From the NCBI GenBank assembly GCA_044224875.1, contig JBGAJQ010000030.1, positions 1-59,999 of the forward strand: a DNA stretch of 59,999 nt. Direction: 5' to 3'. The translations under genes were made by a program, and so were the position numbers. Origin of the DNA: Gemmatimonadaceae bacterium (lineage in GTDB: Bacteria; Gemmatimonadota; Gemmatimonadetes; Gemmatimonadales; Gemmatimonadaceae). The notes under the pieces were generated by a model. The model was not told the origin of the DNA. It searched no databases and saw only the letters and a list, made by a program, of their open reading frames with translations. Shown here piece after piece: positions 28,398 through 38,660 of the stretch; positions within the stretch are counted from its first letter, which is position 1; each line of letters begins with the position of its first letter.

Positions 28398-29582
28398 ATG
28401 AGCGCAGCACCAAGGAGTCGCCCATCACGAAACACCCGGCGAGGGTTCGGCCCGCTGTCACTGAGCGTGCTGCTCCTGACCGCCTGCGTCGACCAGAACC
28501 CAACCGCGCCGGCGGTCGGGGACGCGCCGCCAGCCGCAACAGCGGAAGGCGTGGATGTCGCTTCCCCGGTGCTGGGGAATCGCCTGGCGTACCTCTGGGC
28601 CCAGACGGCGTCGCCGCCGCTCAACACGCCGTATGCCCCCGACAAGCAACGGAATTACAACGGGTTCGGGCTGGCGAACAGCGTCACAAGGACCGGCACC
28701 GGCGCCTACCGCGTGTTGTTGGGCGGGATGGCGAAGGGCGCGACTGGCAAGGAAACGTTCATCGTGACGGCGTATGCGCAGACCAAATTGCGTTGCTATA
28801 TCAGGGATTGGAACGACGTGGCATCCGATCTTGAGGTTCGGATCCGCTGTGCCGACTTCGCAGGAGCGCTTACGGATTCCCGGTTCAGTTTTCTGATGGT
28901 CGGTGAAAACTCGCTTCCTGGGCGACTGGCGTTCGCGTGGGCAGATCAACCGTCGACGACTCAATACACGCCGGATCTCAGTTTCTCGTGGAACCCGTCG
29001 GGCAACCCTATCACGATTACGAACTTGGCCCCTGGATTGGATTGGGGTGAATACAGCGCGGACCTGGGCGCGCCAGGAACGACAGGAGGAAAGGAGACTT
29101 ACCTGATCTCGCCCTATGGCGACGCCAATGCCCTCTGCCGCCTCTGGGCTTGGACCCCGGCCAGTGGCATCGTGGATGTCGATTGCTTCGATGGTGCCGG
29201 CCGCATGGCGGATCGCTTCTACAACATTTTGCAGGTCGAGCAGGGGCGTCCCGGGATGCGCTTCGGCTACGCGCTCGCCGACCAGCCGATGAACACCGCA
29301 CCATACTCACCGACCCCGAGTGTCTCTAACTCGACTGGCGGCGCGATCACGATCACCAGGACGCAGAAGGGTGTGTATACGGTCGACTTCGACGGGCTCC
29401 AGAAGCCCGTCGCCACGCGGACCGAGATTGTGCAGGTTTCGCCATACCAGTCCATTGGTGCGTGCTCGATTCCGGCCTGGCCAAAGACGCCGTCAGGAAA
29501 TGGGCTTCGCGTATGGGTGGTGTGTCGAAACGCGGCCGGCCAGGTGGCAGACATGAGCTTCAACGTGGTGGTACTGGAGTAG
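28398..29582 (+). CDS. Lipoprotein with three internal Cys-pair repeats (paralog 2)
   Basis: Lipobox LLLTAC; collinear with and highly similar to paralog 1; GGAG RBS. Confidence 0.88.
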   Translation: MSAAPRSRPSRNTRRGFGPLSLSVLLLTACVDQNPTAPAVGDAPPAATAEGVDVASPVLGNRLAYLWAQTASPPLNTPYAPDKQRNYNGFGLANSVTRTGTGAYRVLLGGMAKGATGKETFIVTAYAQTKLRCYIRDWNDVASDLEVRIRCADFAGALTDSRFSFLMVGENSLPGRLAFAWADQPSTTQYTPDLSFSWNPSGNPITITNLAPGLDWGEYSADLGAPGTTGGKETYLISPYGDANALCRLWAWTPASGIVDVDCFDGAGRMADRFYNILQVEQGRPGMRFGYALADQPMNTAPYSPTPSVSNSTGGAITITRTQKGVYTVDFDGLQKPVATRTEIVQVSPYQSIGACSIPAWPKTPSGNGLRVWVVCRNAAGQVADMSFNVVVLE

Positions 29583-29712
29583 AGCGCTCCAGCGAGCGCG
29601 CCTGCCTGCGGACTCCAATTCTCCCACACGCGATGGCCTGACGGACTACGTACGTCCTCGTTAGGCTCGGCGACCAGCTTGACTGCGTCGATGGGGGGAT
29701 GTGCGAAGCGCG

Positions 29713-29750
29713 AACACGATGGCCCGCCGAAGTCAGCGGGCCATCGTGTT
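29713..29750. terminator. Hairpin between the lipoprotein gene and tRNA-Gly (probable terminator)
   Basis: 15-bp perfect arms AACACGATGGCCCGC / GCGGGCCATCGTGTT between convergent genes. Confidence 0.7.
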
Positions 29751-29786
29751 AATCTTCGGTTTTCGGAAGGGCTATCAACGGGTCAG

Positions 29787-29859
<73 letters not shown>

Positions 29860-29924
29860 AAGGCGGCTCGGCAAAGAAAGTAACGCCCCGTCCGGGTACC
29901 CGAAAAGGCCCGAGCGGTCATGGG

Positions 29925-31361
29925 CTATCGCTCCCCTGGCCTCGGCCCCGCTCGCTCACGCTTGCGCTCGACCCAGCGCGTCCTCGTCGCCTCCCTGGCC
30001 GCTCCCGATTTGTCCCGACCGGCGACCGATGACATCTGGGCGCCGTCGGACTTCGTACCCCAGGTTCCGCCAGGCCCAACGTACGACATGCCTTCGCCCC
30101 AATCCGCAACCGTGATGCCGCTGGAGGTCACGGCCGCGCCCCCGTAGTCGCCGTACGGGTGGGCGAACCCACCGGCGCTCTTGTAGGGCGCTCCATCCGG
30201 CGCATTGGACAGCCGTGACTCGGCGCTCCAGGTCGCTCCCCCATCGGTGGAGCGACGCGACCAGACGTTCCAGAGGTCAGCGCCGTTTCGATTGTCCATG
30301 TACCAGATGCGCAAGTCGCGCGCGGCGACGCCTACAGCGGCCGGAAAGGCGCTGTTGACGCTGGCGCCCGGCGGCGAAAGATCCACACGCGTGCTCCAAG
30401 TTCGTCCGACGTCCGTCGAGCGTCGCACGAACGTTCGTTGTGCGCCCTTCGGCATGAGGGCGCCGTTGTACACGAGGACCATCTCGCCGCCGGGAGTCCC
30501 GCCGATGGCGGCGGCAGGCCCCAGGAAGTCTCGCGGGCAGCCTTCATCGGGGCAGTCGGGTTGCTCCTCGACCACGTCGACGCGTGTTGCCCGCCAGCTC
30601 CGACCACCATCGCCCGAGCGAATGGTGTGCACGAACACCGGGCCGGTGCTTGATTGCGTGTAGCTGGTTTCCGAGAAGATGACAACGCCGGCGCTCGTCA
30701 CGACCCCGCCGTACGCGAAGTAATAGCGCTCGTCGGCGTTGGTGCGTACCGGTGGACCAAAGGTCGCCCCACCATCGTGCGAGCTGACGACGTAGCTGTC
30801 GCTGCTGTTGAACGCGATGTAGATGTCCCGGGCGTTGGAGGCGGCGACGAGGATCGGCTTGTCGGACCACGGGAGTCGCCCCATCACCGGACGGGGCGCG
30901 GTCCACGTAGCACCATGGTCGACGGACTTAGCGAACATCACACCCGGGACATAGCCGTTGAGCCACGCGGCGAACACGGTGCCATCGCCGGCGACGGCAA
31001 GCTGCGGGTCATTCTGTGACGGCACGCCCTCACAGCGACAGAGATATCGATCCTGGCCAAAGGTGGCTCCGCCGTCGGCAGACACCCTGAGGATCAGTGC
31101 CGGGTCCGGGCAAGCCGATGGACACGCTGGCACTCCGCCGTATCGCGTGGTGAGCACGTAGACGTAGGGTGCGCGTGGGTCGGCCGCGACGGTCGGCTCC
31201 CAGTCGTCCTCGGTTTGGTTCATGGGCCGCTCGAGGCTCCACCCGTCGACGGTCGCATGTTCCGGAAGAATTTGAGCTGGCGGAGAGACGGCATCGGGCG
31301 CGCAGGCGCTCAGCACACACGTGCCGCCAAGAATTGCGCCGGACATTCGTCGGATCGACAT
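29925..31361 (-). CDS. Sialidase-like BNR/Asp-box beta-propeller lipoprotein
   Basis: Six Asp boxes (SADGGATF, SVDHGATW, SHDGGATF, SGDGGRSW, STDVGRTW, STDGGATW); lipobox VLSAC. Confidence 0.85.
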   Translation of the reverse strand: MSIRRMSGAILGGTCVLSACAPDAVSPPAQILPEHATVDGWSLERPMNQTEDDWEPTVAADPRAPYVYVLTTRYGGVPACPSACPDPALILRVSADGGATFGQDRYLCRCEGVPSQNDPQLAVAGDGTVFAAWLNGYVPGVMFAKSVDHGATWTAPRPVMGRLPWSDKPILVAASNARDIYIAFNSSDSYVVSSHDGGATFGPPVRTNADERYYFAYGGVVTSAGVVIFSETSYTQSSTGPVFVHTIRSGDGGRSWRATRVDVVEEQPDCPDEGCPRDFLGPAAAIGGTPGGEMVLVYNGALMPKGAQRTFVRRSTDVGRTWSTRVDLSPPGASVNSAFPAAVGVAARDLRIWYMDNRNGADLWNVWSRRSTDGGATWSAESRLSNAPDGAPYKSAGGFAHPYGDYGGAAVTSSGITVADWGEGMSYVGPGGTWGTKSDGAQMSSVAGRDKSGAAREATRTRWVERKRERAGPRPGER

Positions 31362-31499
31362 GGCTCGCCCCTTGAACTCAAGCGGATGCCGCGAATGTAC
31401 CACCACCGGCCGACGTCCGCGGTAGGGCGTGGCGAAAAATCGCAGCGGGGACCGAATCCGAGGTGCGGTTGCTTGCGTGGTTTCGGTCAGCGCCGAATT

Positions 31500-32192
31500 C
31501 TAGGCCGAAACACTCCTCTGCTCGGGCGCCGACACCCCGCGGAAGAGCAACAGCAGGGCAAGGGCCACCTCAAACACCAGCATTGGCATCCAGATCAGCA
31601 CACCCGCCGTCCCCTGCCCAATGCCGAACGACTGCAGCGGTAGCGCCACCACGAGTAACAGCGACGCAAAGACGCCGAGCCGCGCCAGCCAGTGCGGGAT
31701 CGTCCTCGCACGCAGGAACAGCCAGGCGAACAATGTGCTTCCGACCGAAAACGACAGGGCACTGACGATGAACGTTCCGGAACCCCGTAGGAGCTGCGCG
31801 CCAATGGCGGTGGCCACGCCCTTGTCTGCTCCACTGGAAGCCACCGCGGCCATCGCGGCACTGAGCGTCGTCATCGCATGGCCAGCCGACGTCGCGTTGA
31901 CGACACCTTCCGCGACGCGACACGCAAACGCAATCCGCGCAATGTCCGCGTCGACTGAGCGGGTGAGGGCATACAGTGCCGCTCCAAGGGCGATCGCCTC
32001 GAACCCGGTGAGCAAGGTGAGCAACGCGTTCGTTCGCGCGGCCGCGGGGTGCGCCGCAAGGCGTGCCAACGCCTCACTCGCCCCCGCGGACATGGAGGTA
32101 AGATCGGAAAAGACCGCCATCTGAAAGAGCCCGGTGGCGATATACGCCAGGAACATCGCCCCCGCCAATCGAGCGTTGGCGCGCATGGTCAT
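31500..32192 (-). CDS. DUF4386-like membrane protein
   Basis: ARLAGAMFL..., LYALTRSV, TIPHWLARLG, PMLVFEVALALLLLFRG pattern; GAGG upstream. Confidence 0.72.
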   Translation of the reverse strand: MTMRANARLAGAMFLAYIATGLFQMAVFSDLTSMSAGASEALARLAAHPAAARTNALLTLLTGFEAIALGAALYALTRSVDADIARIAFACRVAEGVVNATSAGHAMTTLSAAMAAVASSGADKGVATAIGAQLLRGSGTFIVSALSFSVGSTLFAWLFLRARTIPHWLARLGVFASLLLVVALPLQSFGIGQGTAGVLIWMPMLVFEVALALLLLFRGVSAPEQRSVSA

Positions 32193-32205
32193 AAACCGTC
32201 CCTCG

Positions 32206-34887
32206 TTAGGGCGCGCGCAGCGTGACCGCGGGGTCAATCCGCGCCGCGCGCAACGCCGGGATCCAGCACGCCACCAAGCCCGTCGCGGCCAACACGACCG
32301 TGACCCCAACAAAGGTCAGCGGATCGTTAGGTGCAACACCCCACAGCAACCCCCGCATCAGTCCGGAGACCACGAACGCGCCCAGCGTCCCCACGAAGAG
32401 CCCCATCGCGAGCAGCGTACCCCCCTCCTGCACGATCATGCGCTGTACCCGCATGGAGTCTGCGCCCAGGCTCATGCGAATACCGATCTCGTTGGTTCTG
32501 GCGCTGACGGCAAAGGCGAGCACGCCAGCAATGCCAACCATGGCGATGAACGCGGCGAGGATCCCAAACGACGACACGAGCACGGCGTTGAGACGGCGCG
32601 GAGCCACGCTCTCGTCGCGAATCTGGGCGATAGTCCGAACGTCCTCTATCGGCGCTGATGGAGCGATACGGCGCACAATGCGCGTCACCGACGGAATCAG
32701 GTTGGCGACGCCGCTGTCGGCGCGAATCACCAAGGTGCCGCCTAACGCCAGTGTCTGCGCAAATGGCTGGTACATGGCCGGCCGGGTGACCGCGTCGAGC
32801 CCGCCGTCCCTGGTGTTGGCCACGACGCCAACCACCGTTCGCCAGTCGCCGCTGATCGGCGCGAACTTGAGCAGCTCGCCGGTCCAGGCGATCCGGCGAT
32901 TGACTGGGTCCTCGCCGGGAAAGAGTCGGTCCGCCAGCGCTTGATTGATCACAACCGCCAACGCCGCCCCCGGCCCATCGGTCGAGCTGAAGGCTCTTCC
33001 CCTCACCATCGGAATTCCACCGGCGTCAAAGAACTCCGGACCGGCCAGGCGCAACTCGGCGCGGGCGGGTGGCTCACCCGTCGTGGCGGGATGGTTCTCC
33101 GCTTTCACCTCGAAGAGCACGTCCGACGCGCGAAGTGGTCCGGGCGAGCCGATCCCCGCCTCGCGCACGCCGGGCAGCGCGGCGATCTCGCGCCGCATCT
33201 GGTCGTACCGCACCTTCGCCGCGCGATCCGCGTCCGGTGACCGCAGGAGTTCGGACGGCGCGACGAGTGGGACGTTGAGCGACAGGACTTCTTCGGTCCG
33301 GAGCCCGGTTTGTACATCGGAGAGTCGAAGCATCGTGCGCGTCAACAACCCAGCTCCTGCCAACAACACCACGGAGACGGCCACCTGGACCACGACGAGG
33401 GAGCGTTGCACGCGCTGGCGACTCCGCCCCGCGCTGCTCCGGCGCCCCCCCGACAGCACCAACGCTGCGACGTTCCCTTCACCGGGTAGCGCCCCAACAA
33501 ATGCCAACACCAGCGATGCCCCGAACGCCAGGGTCACGGCAAATGCCAGGCAGACCGGGTCCAGACGCACTTCGGCGGCGCGGGGTGAGTAGCGGCTTGC
33601 CAACTCCGCCAGCAGCTGCACGCCGGCCCACGCCACGAGGAGGCCGAGTGCGGCGCCTGCACCAGCCAACATGAGGTTCTCCGCCAGCAACAACCGTCGG
33701 AGCCTCCCGGCACCCGCGCCGAGTGACGCACGCACCACCAGCTCGTGCTGGCGACGCACGCTGCGCATGAGCGACAGGTTCGCCACATTGGCCACGGCGA
33801 TGATCAAGACGAAGGCCGCGGCGCTCATCAACAACCACAGGGTCAGTTCGGCGCGCTCGCCCAGCACCGCCTTGAATGGCACGACGGCGGTGTGAAAGTT
33901 TGAGCCGGCGGGATAGGCATCCGGATAGGCCTGTCGCAGCCGAGCAAAGACGGCCGAGAGCTGCGTTTGCGCCAGCGCATTCGTGGCACCGGGGGCGAGG
34001 CGTGCCACCACCTCGGTCATGCGATGGGTGCGCCCTTCCACCATGGTGGCGCTCATGTGGTGCTCGCTAAGCACAAGATTCGCCAACGCATCGGCGTTGC
34101 CCGGAAAGAACGGCGCAGGCTGCAACACGCCGATCACCGTCGTCGGCTTTCCGTCCAGGCGCACGGTCCGGCCAACGACGGACGCGTCGCCGCCAAAGTG
34201 CTTCATCCATCCGTTGTAGGTCAGCACGGCTACCGGCGCCGCCCCCGGGCCGTCATTGCCGGCGTCGGTCACTCGGCCCAGCAGCGCATGTAGCCCCATC
34301 ACGCGAAACCAGTTACCGGAAACGAGCGCGATCGGGATGCGCTCCGTCACGTCGGTGCGCTGCATCGTGACCGTCCAGTTGGAGAGTTCGGCGACCTCTC
34401 CGAGTGCGGCCACACCCTCTCGCACTTCGCGAACCTCGGGAACAGAGAACGCAAGGTTCTCGCCACCGTCGCGCGTCTGTCGCAGGTACACGAGACGATC
34501 GCCGTCCTCGTGCGGAAGGGGCTTGAGAAGGACGGCCCGCACGACGCTGAAGATGGCGGTGTTCGCGCCAAGGCCTAACGCGAGCGTGAGGATGACCATC
34601 GCCGAAAATGCCCGAGCGCGAGTGAGCGCACGGTACGCAAAGCGCCAGTCGGCGCTGAGGTTGGCCAGCCAGGGGACCCCGCGCTGGTCGCGGACGGCCT
34701 CCTCCGCTTGGGTGAGCCCGCCAGCACGCAGCAGCGCCTCGCGGCGTGCGGCCTCCGGCGCCATGCCACGGCGAACCAGTTCGGCCACCTCCATGTCGAG
34801 ATGCGCACGCATCTCGTCGTGAAGCTCGGTCTCGTCAGGCGAGGGACGCAGGAAGCCCCTCAAGCGAATGATCCATTCACGCAACAT
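32206..34887 (-). CDS. ADOP-family duplicated permease (2x MacB_PCD/FtsX) with permease-prefix domain
   Basis: ELHDEMRAHL...GMAPEAARREA prefix; LTLALGLGANTAIFSVV; RTNEIGIRMSLGA; PALRAARIDP; TGATG overlap with padR. Confidence 0.92.
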   Translation of the reverse strand: MLREWIIRLRGFLRPSPDETELHDEMRAHLDMEVAELVRRGMAPEAARREALLRAGGLTQAEEAVRDQRGVPWLANLSADWRFAYRALTRARAFSAMVILTLALGLGANTAIFSVVRAVLLKPLPHEDGDRLVYLRQTRDGGENLAFSVPEVREVREGVAALGEVAELSNWTVTMQRTDVTERIPIALVSGNWFRVMGLHALLGRVTDAGNDGPGAAPVAVLTYNGWMKHFGGDASVVGRTVRLDGKPTTVIGVLQPAPFFPGNADALANLVLSEHHMSATMVEGRTHRMTEVVARLAPGATNALAQTQLSAVFARLRQAYPDAYPAGSNFHTAVVPFKAVLGERAELTLWLLMSAAAFVLIIAVANVANLSLMRSVRRQHELVVRASLGAGAGRLRRLLLAENLMLAGAGAALGLLVAWAGVQLLAELASRYSPRAAEVRLDPVCLAFAVTLAFGASLVLAFVGALPGEGNVAALVLSGGRRSSAGRSRQRVQRSLVVVQVAVSVVLLAGAGLLTRTMLRLSDVQTGLRTEEVLSLNVPLVAPSELLRSPDADRAAKVRYDQMRREIAALPGVREAGIGSPGPLRASDVLFEVKAENHPATTGEPPARAELRLAGPEFFDAGGIPMVRGRAFSSTDGPGAALAVVINQALADRLFPGEDPVNRRIAWTGELLKFAPISGDWRTVVGVVANTRDGGLDAVTRPAMYQPFAQTLALGGTLVIRADSGVANLIPSVTRIVRRIAPSAPIEDVRTIAQIRDESVAPRRLNAVLVSSFGILAAFIAMVGIAGVLAFAVSARTNEIGIRMSLGADSMRVQRMIVQEGGTLLAMGLFVGTLGAFVVSGLMRGLLWGVAPNDPLTFVGVTVVLAATGLVACWIPALRAARIDPAVTLRAP

Positions 34888-35228
34888 CAGATCTCCCGGG
34901 CCGGCGTGAGGAAGGCGGCGATGAGGTCGGCGGTTTCGCGCCACTCGCGCGTTTCCCTGGCAAGCTGTTTGCGACCCGCCGCGGTGAGTGCATAGAACTT
35001 GGCCCGCCGGTTGTTGTCGCTGGCGCCCCACTTGGCGACGATGAACCCCTGCTGCTCCAGCTTCAACAGCGCGGGGTAGAGCGTGCCGTAATTGAGCGCC
35101 AACCGATGGTTGCTGGTCTCCTCGATGCGACGCGCAATGCCGTATCCGTGGAGGGATCCAAGCACATGCAGGGTTTGCAGGATCATGAGGGCGAGGGTGC
35201 CTTGTTGTACGTCGAGCTTTGGCGGCAT
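34887..35228 (-). CDS. PadR-family transcriptional regulator (Acidobacterial type)
   Basis: QGTLALMILQTL...LHGYGIARRIE...GTLYPAL...NNRRAKFYALTAAGRKQL. Confidence 0.95.
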   Translation of the reverse strand: MPPKLDVQQGTLALMILQTLHVLGSLHGYGIARRIEETSNHRLALNYGTLYPALLKLEQQGFIVAKWGASDNNRRAKFYALTAAGRKQLARETREWRETADLIAAFLTPAREI

Positions 35229-35237
35229 CGTGTGTCC

Positions 35238-35252
35238 TATTGGAATCCAATA
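35238..35252. promoter_or_regulatory. Palindromic putative PadR operator
   Basis: TATTGGA-A-TCCAATA, 9 nt upstream of the padR ATG and overlapping its RBS region. Confidence 0.65.
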
Positions 35253-35547
35253 CGACGATAAGGCCCGGTGGGTTTCAGGCGCAAGGGATAACAGCTGCAG
35301 GCGCGGGCCTCCGGACAGATCGGATCGCTCGCCACACCCCCCAAAGGCATCACCGCCAGACGCGCGGGCCTCTCGAGCGAACGGGTCGCTCATCCCTCAT
35401 GCCGCGTCATGGGCTCCGCCACGACCCACGGAACGCTTGGACGCCGAGTCAGTGGCCGCGCGCACCCCCGGCCCGAGGGCGCTAGCTTGCTGACCTGAGA
35501 CGGGCCAACACCCGAACCTGGCGTCAAAGACTTCGCGGTTCCCTACC

Positions 35548-38460
35548 TTGCTCACACCCTATCCTCGCCAACTCGACGCCATCACCGCCCCGCCGGGGCC
35601 GGTGCTCGTTTTGGCGGGTCCGGGCGCGGGGAAGACCTTCTGCCTGATCGAGCGTGTCGGGTACCTGATCGCGACGCTGGGCATCGCGCCACAGCGCATC
35701 TGTGCCTTCACCTTCACGAATCGCGCCGCTGAGGAGATCACACACCGGCTGAAGCGCGACCTTGGAACCGACGCCGAGCACATCACGGGGGGAACGATTC
35801 ACGCGTACTGCGCCAAGGTGCTACGCGAGTTCACCGGAGAGGCGGGGCTGGAACGAGGGTTTGGCATTGCCGACGAGGAGTATCAGCGCAGCCTGCTCGC
35901 GCAGCTTCAACAGCCGCGCAAGTGGCACACCAACCTGCTCAATCGCTTCACCCTACATCGCTTCTGCGGCCAGTCGTTGCATCCGGCGGATGAGAAGACG
36001 TTCGCGCGCTACCTGGCCACCCTCGAACGCCGGAACATGGTGGACTTCGACCAGTTGGTGACGAAGACGCGCGAGTTGTTGGCGCCGCACACACTGACCG
36101 GGGCTACACTGCGATCGAGGTTCGACTACGTCCTCGTCGACGAGTTCCAGGACTTGAACCCCGCCCAATACGACGTCGTAACTGGGCTAGCGCGCGATCA
36201 CCGCAACATCTTCTGCGTTGGTGACGACGAGCAATCCATCTTCTCCTGGACGGGCGCCGACCCGCGCCTGTTCACCAACTTCGGCAACGACTTCGCGCCG
36301 GCACTGAGCATCACACTCGACGAGAATCGGCGCTGCCCCAAAGGGGTGATGGAGTATGCCACACGACTCGTCCGGCACAATCCGACGCTCTTTACGAAGG
36401 ATGTGCGTGTCGTCCGTGAGTCAGGATTCGCTGTTCGCGCGCTGTCATTTGCGGATGAGACCAGCGAGGCGGCGTGGCTCATGTCGGACTTGGTGCAGGA
36501 TCATCAGGTGCACGGCACGCCGTGGGGCGAATTCGGCGTCCTGTACCGGCGCCACGACATCGGCGACTCGCTGGAGACGCAGTTCCTGATCAAGGGGATC
36601 CCGTGCCGTCTGGCGCAGGGACGCGCACTCTCCGAGGATCCGGTCGTGCAGTACGTGTTGGCCGCCCTGCGTGTGATCGCGTCGCCGGACGACAAGGTGC
36701 ATCGCGCCCAATTCTTCAAGGTGGTGCTCCCGCAAACGCTGTTCAAGGCGATCGAGGCACAGTCGGAGGAGCAGCGCACGCCGATCCTGGAACAGCTGAA
36801 CAAGTTCACGCGATCCCTGCCGCGAGACCACGTGGACGCCCGCAAGATTCGCCGTGGGTCATATGCCCTCCGGAACCTGGCGGCGTTAGGCAAGCAGCAC
36901 CGGTCGCTGGTGCCGCTGGTGGAAGACCTGCTCTCGCAGCGTGTGGGCGAGTACCGCACGGTGTTGGAGTCCAGCCACGAGGACATCACCGATCCCAAGG
37001 CGCATCGTGCGGTGAAAGAGTTGGCTGGGGTGATGCGGAATGCCCGTGACGCCATGCAGCCGCTGTGGATTCCCCCAATGGGCGGCAGCGAAGTCGCCAT
37101 GAAGAATCTGCTGCAGTCGGCGGGGCCATATCGCGTCGCGATCGGCCCCGTGCCGCCAGCCGGCTCCGTGGCGGTTACGCCTGACGCCGGCGGTGATCTG
37201 GGTCTCCCGTTGGCATTGTTCAAGGCCGCCCAGCTCATCGCCGCCGACGGATTCGCCGACTCGTTTCGCGACTTCACGGTCGTGGATACGGAAACGACCG
37301 GCCGCGATGTTCACGCCGACGAACTGGTTGAGCTGGCGGCTGTGCGTGTGCGTCACGGCGAGATCGTGGGCGAGTACTCAACACTCGTGAAGCCGCGTGT
37401 GGCCATCTCCCTCGGGGCCAGTCGCGTTCACGGCATCGACGCGAACGAAGTGAAGGACGCACCGCACTTCGAGGACGTGTGGCCGGGATTTCGCGAATTC
37501 ATCGGGACAGACATCCTGGTGGCACACAACGGCTACCAGTTCGACTTTCCCATCTTGCGGCGCATGAGCCGTGTGCTGGACGGCGGCGGTTCGTTCACGA
37601 CGTACGACTCCCTACCACTCGCCCGGGAACTGCGTTCGGGGAGCCGCACCCTCGTGGACCTCGCCCACGCGTTCGAGGTCGACACCGGCACATCGCACCG
37701 CGCCCTCGACGACTGTCGCACCCTGGCGCGCGTCTTTCCCCGCCTGAACAAGGCCAAGATCGATCGCGCGCGAAAGACGGGGCTCGCCAACCTCTTGGAT
37801 CACCTGGGCATCGCGCTGTGGCTCCAACGGGATGAATCGTTAGGTGAGGAGACCAGGCGGTTTCGGGATTGGACGCGCGTGCATCCATTCTTCTCGTCGA
37901 GCGAGGCCCTGGAGCAGTATCGGGCGCTGCGCGACACACTCGATGACCGTACCATCCCGGCCATGGAGGACGTCATCGAGACCCTGGGCGGTGTTGAGCT
38001 GATGGAGAAGATCCGAGCCCACAAGACGGCGGACCAACGCTATCCGCAGGCCATGGCGCGTCTTCGTCGCCTGATCGACGCCGCCCCAGAGGAGGAGCTG
38101 GACGCGCAAATCACCGGCTTCCTGGAGCGCGTCGTGCTGTCGCGATGGGACGGCACCGAGAAAGACAGTGACCGAGTGAACTTGCTGACGCTGCATGCGA
38201 CGAAAGGGCTGGAGTTCTCGCGCGTGTACATCGTGGGCGCCGAGGACGCAGAATTGCCCGGGCTCGGTAACAAGAACGGTGTAAGCGAGCGGGAGCTGGA
38301 GGAAGCTCGTCGGCTCTTGTACGTGGGCATGACACGGGCGAAAGAGCGGTTGATCCTTACGCGAGTGGAGGCACGAAAGGAGAAGGTCACTGGGGGACAG
38401 CGGTTCCTCGAGGAAATGGGGTTGAGCCCCGAGCATGGAGAGTCCCCACTGGTCGGCTGA
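35548..38460 (+). CDS. UvrD/PcrA-like SF1A helicase with inserted DnaQ (DEDDh) 3'-5' exonuclease
   Basis: Helicase motifs AGPGAGKT, LVDEFQD, VGDDEQSIF, TLHATKGLEF, RLLYVGMTRAK; exonuclease motifs VVDTETTG, AHNGYQFD, HRALDD. Confidence 0.93.
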   Translation: MLTPYPRQLDAITAPPGPVLVLAGPGAGKTFCLIERVGYLIATLGIAPQRICAFTFTNRAAEEITHRLKRDLGTDAEHITGGTIHAYCAKVLREFTGEAGLERGFGIADEEYQRSLLAQLQQPRKWHTNLLNRFTLHRFCGQSLHPADEKTFARYLATLERRNMVDFDQLVTKTRELLAPHTLTGATLRSRFDYVLVDEFQDLNPAQYDVVTGLARDHRNIFCVGDDEQSIFSWTGADPRLFTNFGNDFAPALSITLDENRRCPKGVMEYATRLVRHNPTLFTKDVRVVRESGFAVRALSFADETSEAAWLMSDLVQDHQVHGTPWGEFGVLYRRHDIGDSLETQFLIKGIPCRLAQGRALSEDPVVQYVLAALRVIASPDDKVHRAQFFKVVLPQTLFKAIEAQSEEQRTPILEQLNKFTRSLPRDHVDARKIRRGSYALRNLAALGKQHRSLVPLVEDLLSQRVGEYRTVLESSHEDITDPKAHRAVKELAGVMRNARDAMQPLWIPPMGGSEVAMKNLLQSAGPYRVAIGPVPPAGSVAVTPDAGGDLGLPLALFKAAQLIAADGFADSFRDFTVVDTETTGRDVHADELVELAAVRVRHGEIVGEYSTLVKPRVAISLGASRVHGIDANEVKDAPHFEDVWPGFREFIGTDILVAHNGYQFDFPILRRMSRVLDGGGSFTTYDSLPLARELRSGSRTLVDLAHAFEVDTGTSHRALDDCRTLARVFPRLNKAKIDRARKTGLANLLDHLGIALWLQRDESLGEETRRFRDWTRVHPFFSSSEALEQYRALRDTLDDRTIPAMEDVIETLGGVELMEKIRAHKTADQRYPQAMARLRRLIDAAPEEELDAQITGFLERVVLSRWDGTEKDSDRVNLLTLHATKGLEFSRVYIVGAEDAELPGLGNKNGVSERELEEARRLLYVGMTRAKERLILTRVEARKEKVTGGQRFLEEMGLSPEHGESPLVG

Positions 38461-38660
38461 CGCGCTGGAACATCGGCGCTTTGGCTTGGGCGTCCAATGA
38501 CTGACTAGGAGCGGCCGCGGCAGCAACCCGCGACCAAGTGCCCTCGGCATCGCGCATGCCGGCACATCGAACCTCGCTACATCCACGGTTGCCTTCCAAA
38601 CCGTCGGCGGGTGCCGGGTGTCCCAAGGCAGTATTGGCGCCACCCTCTTACCTGCCGACG

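Noticed and set aside
34888..35250. N-terminal extension of the ADOP ORF in the track (to 35250)
   Set aside because: It overlaps padR in another frame; the real start is ATG 34887, coupled to the padR stop.
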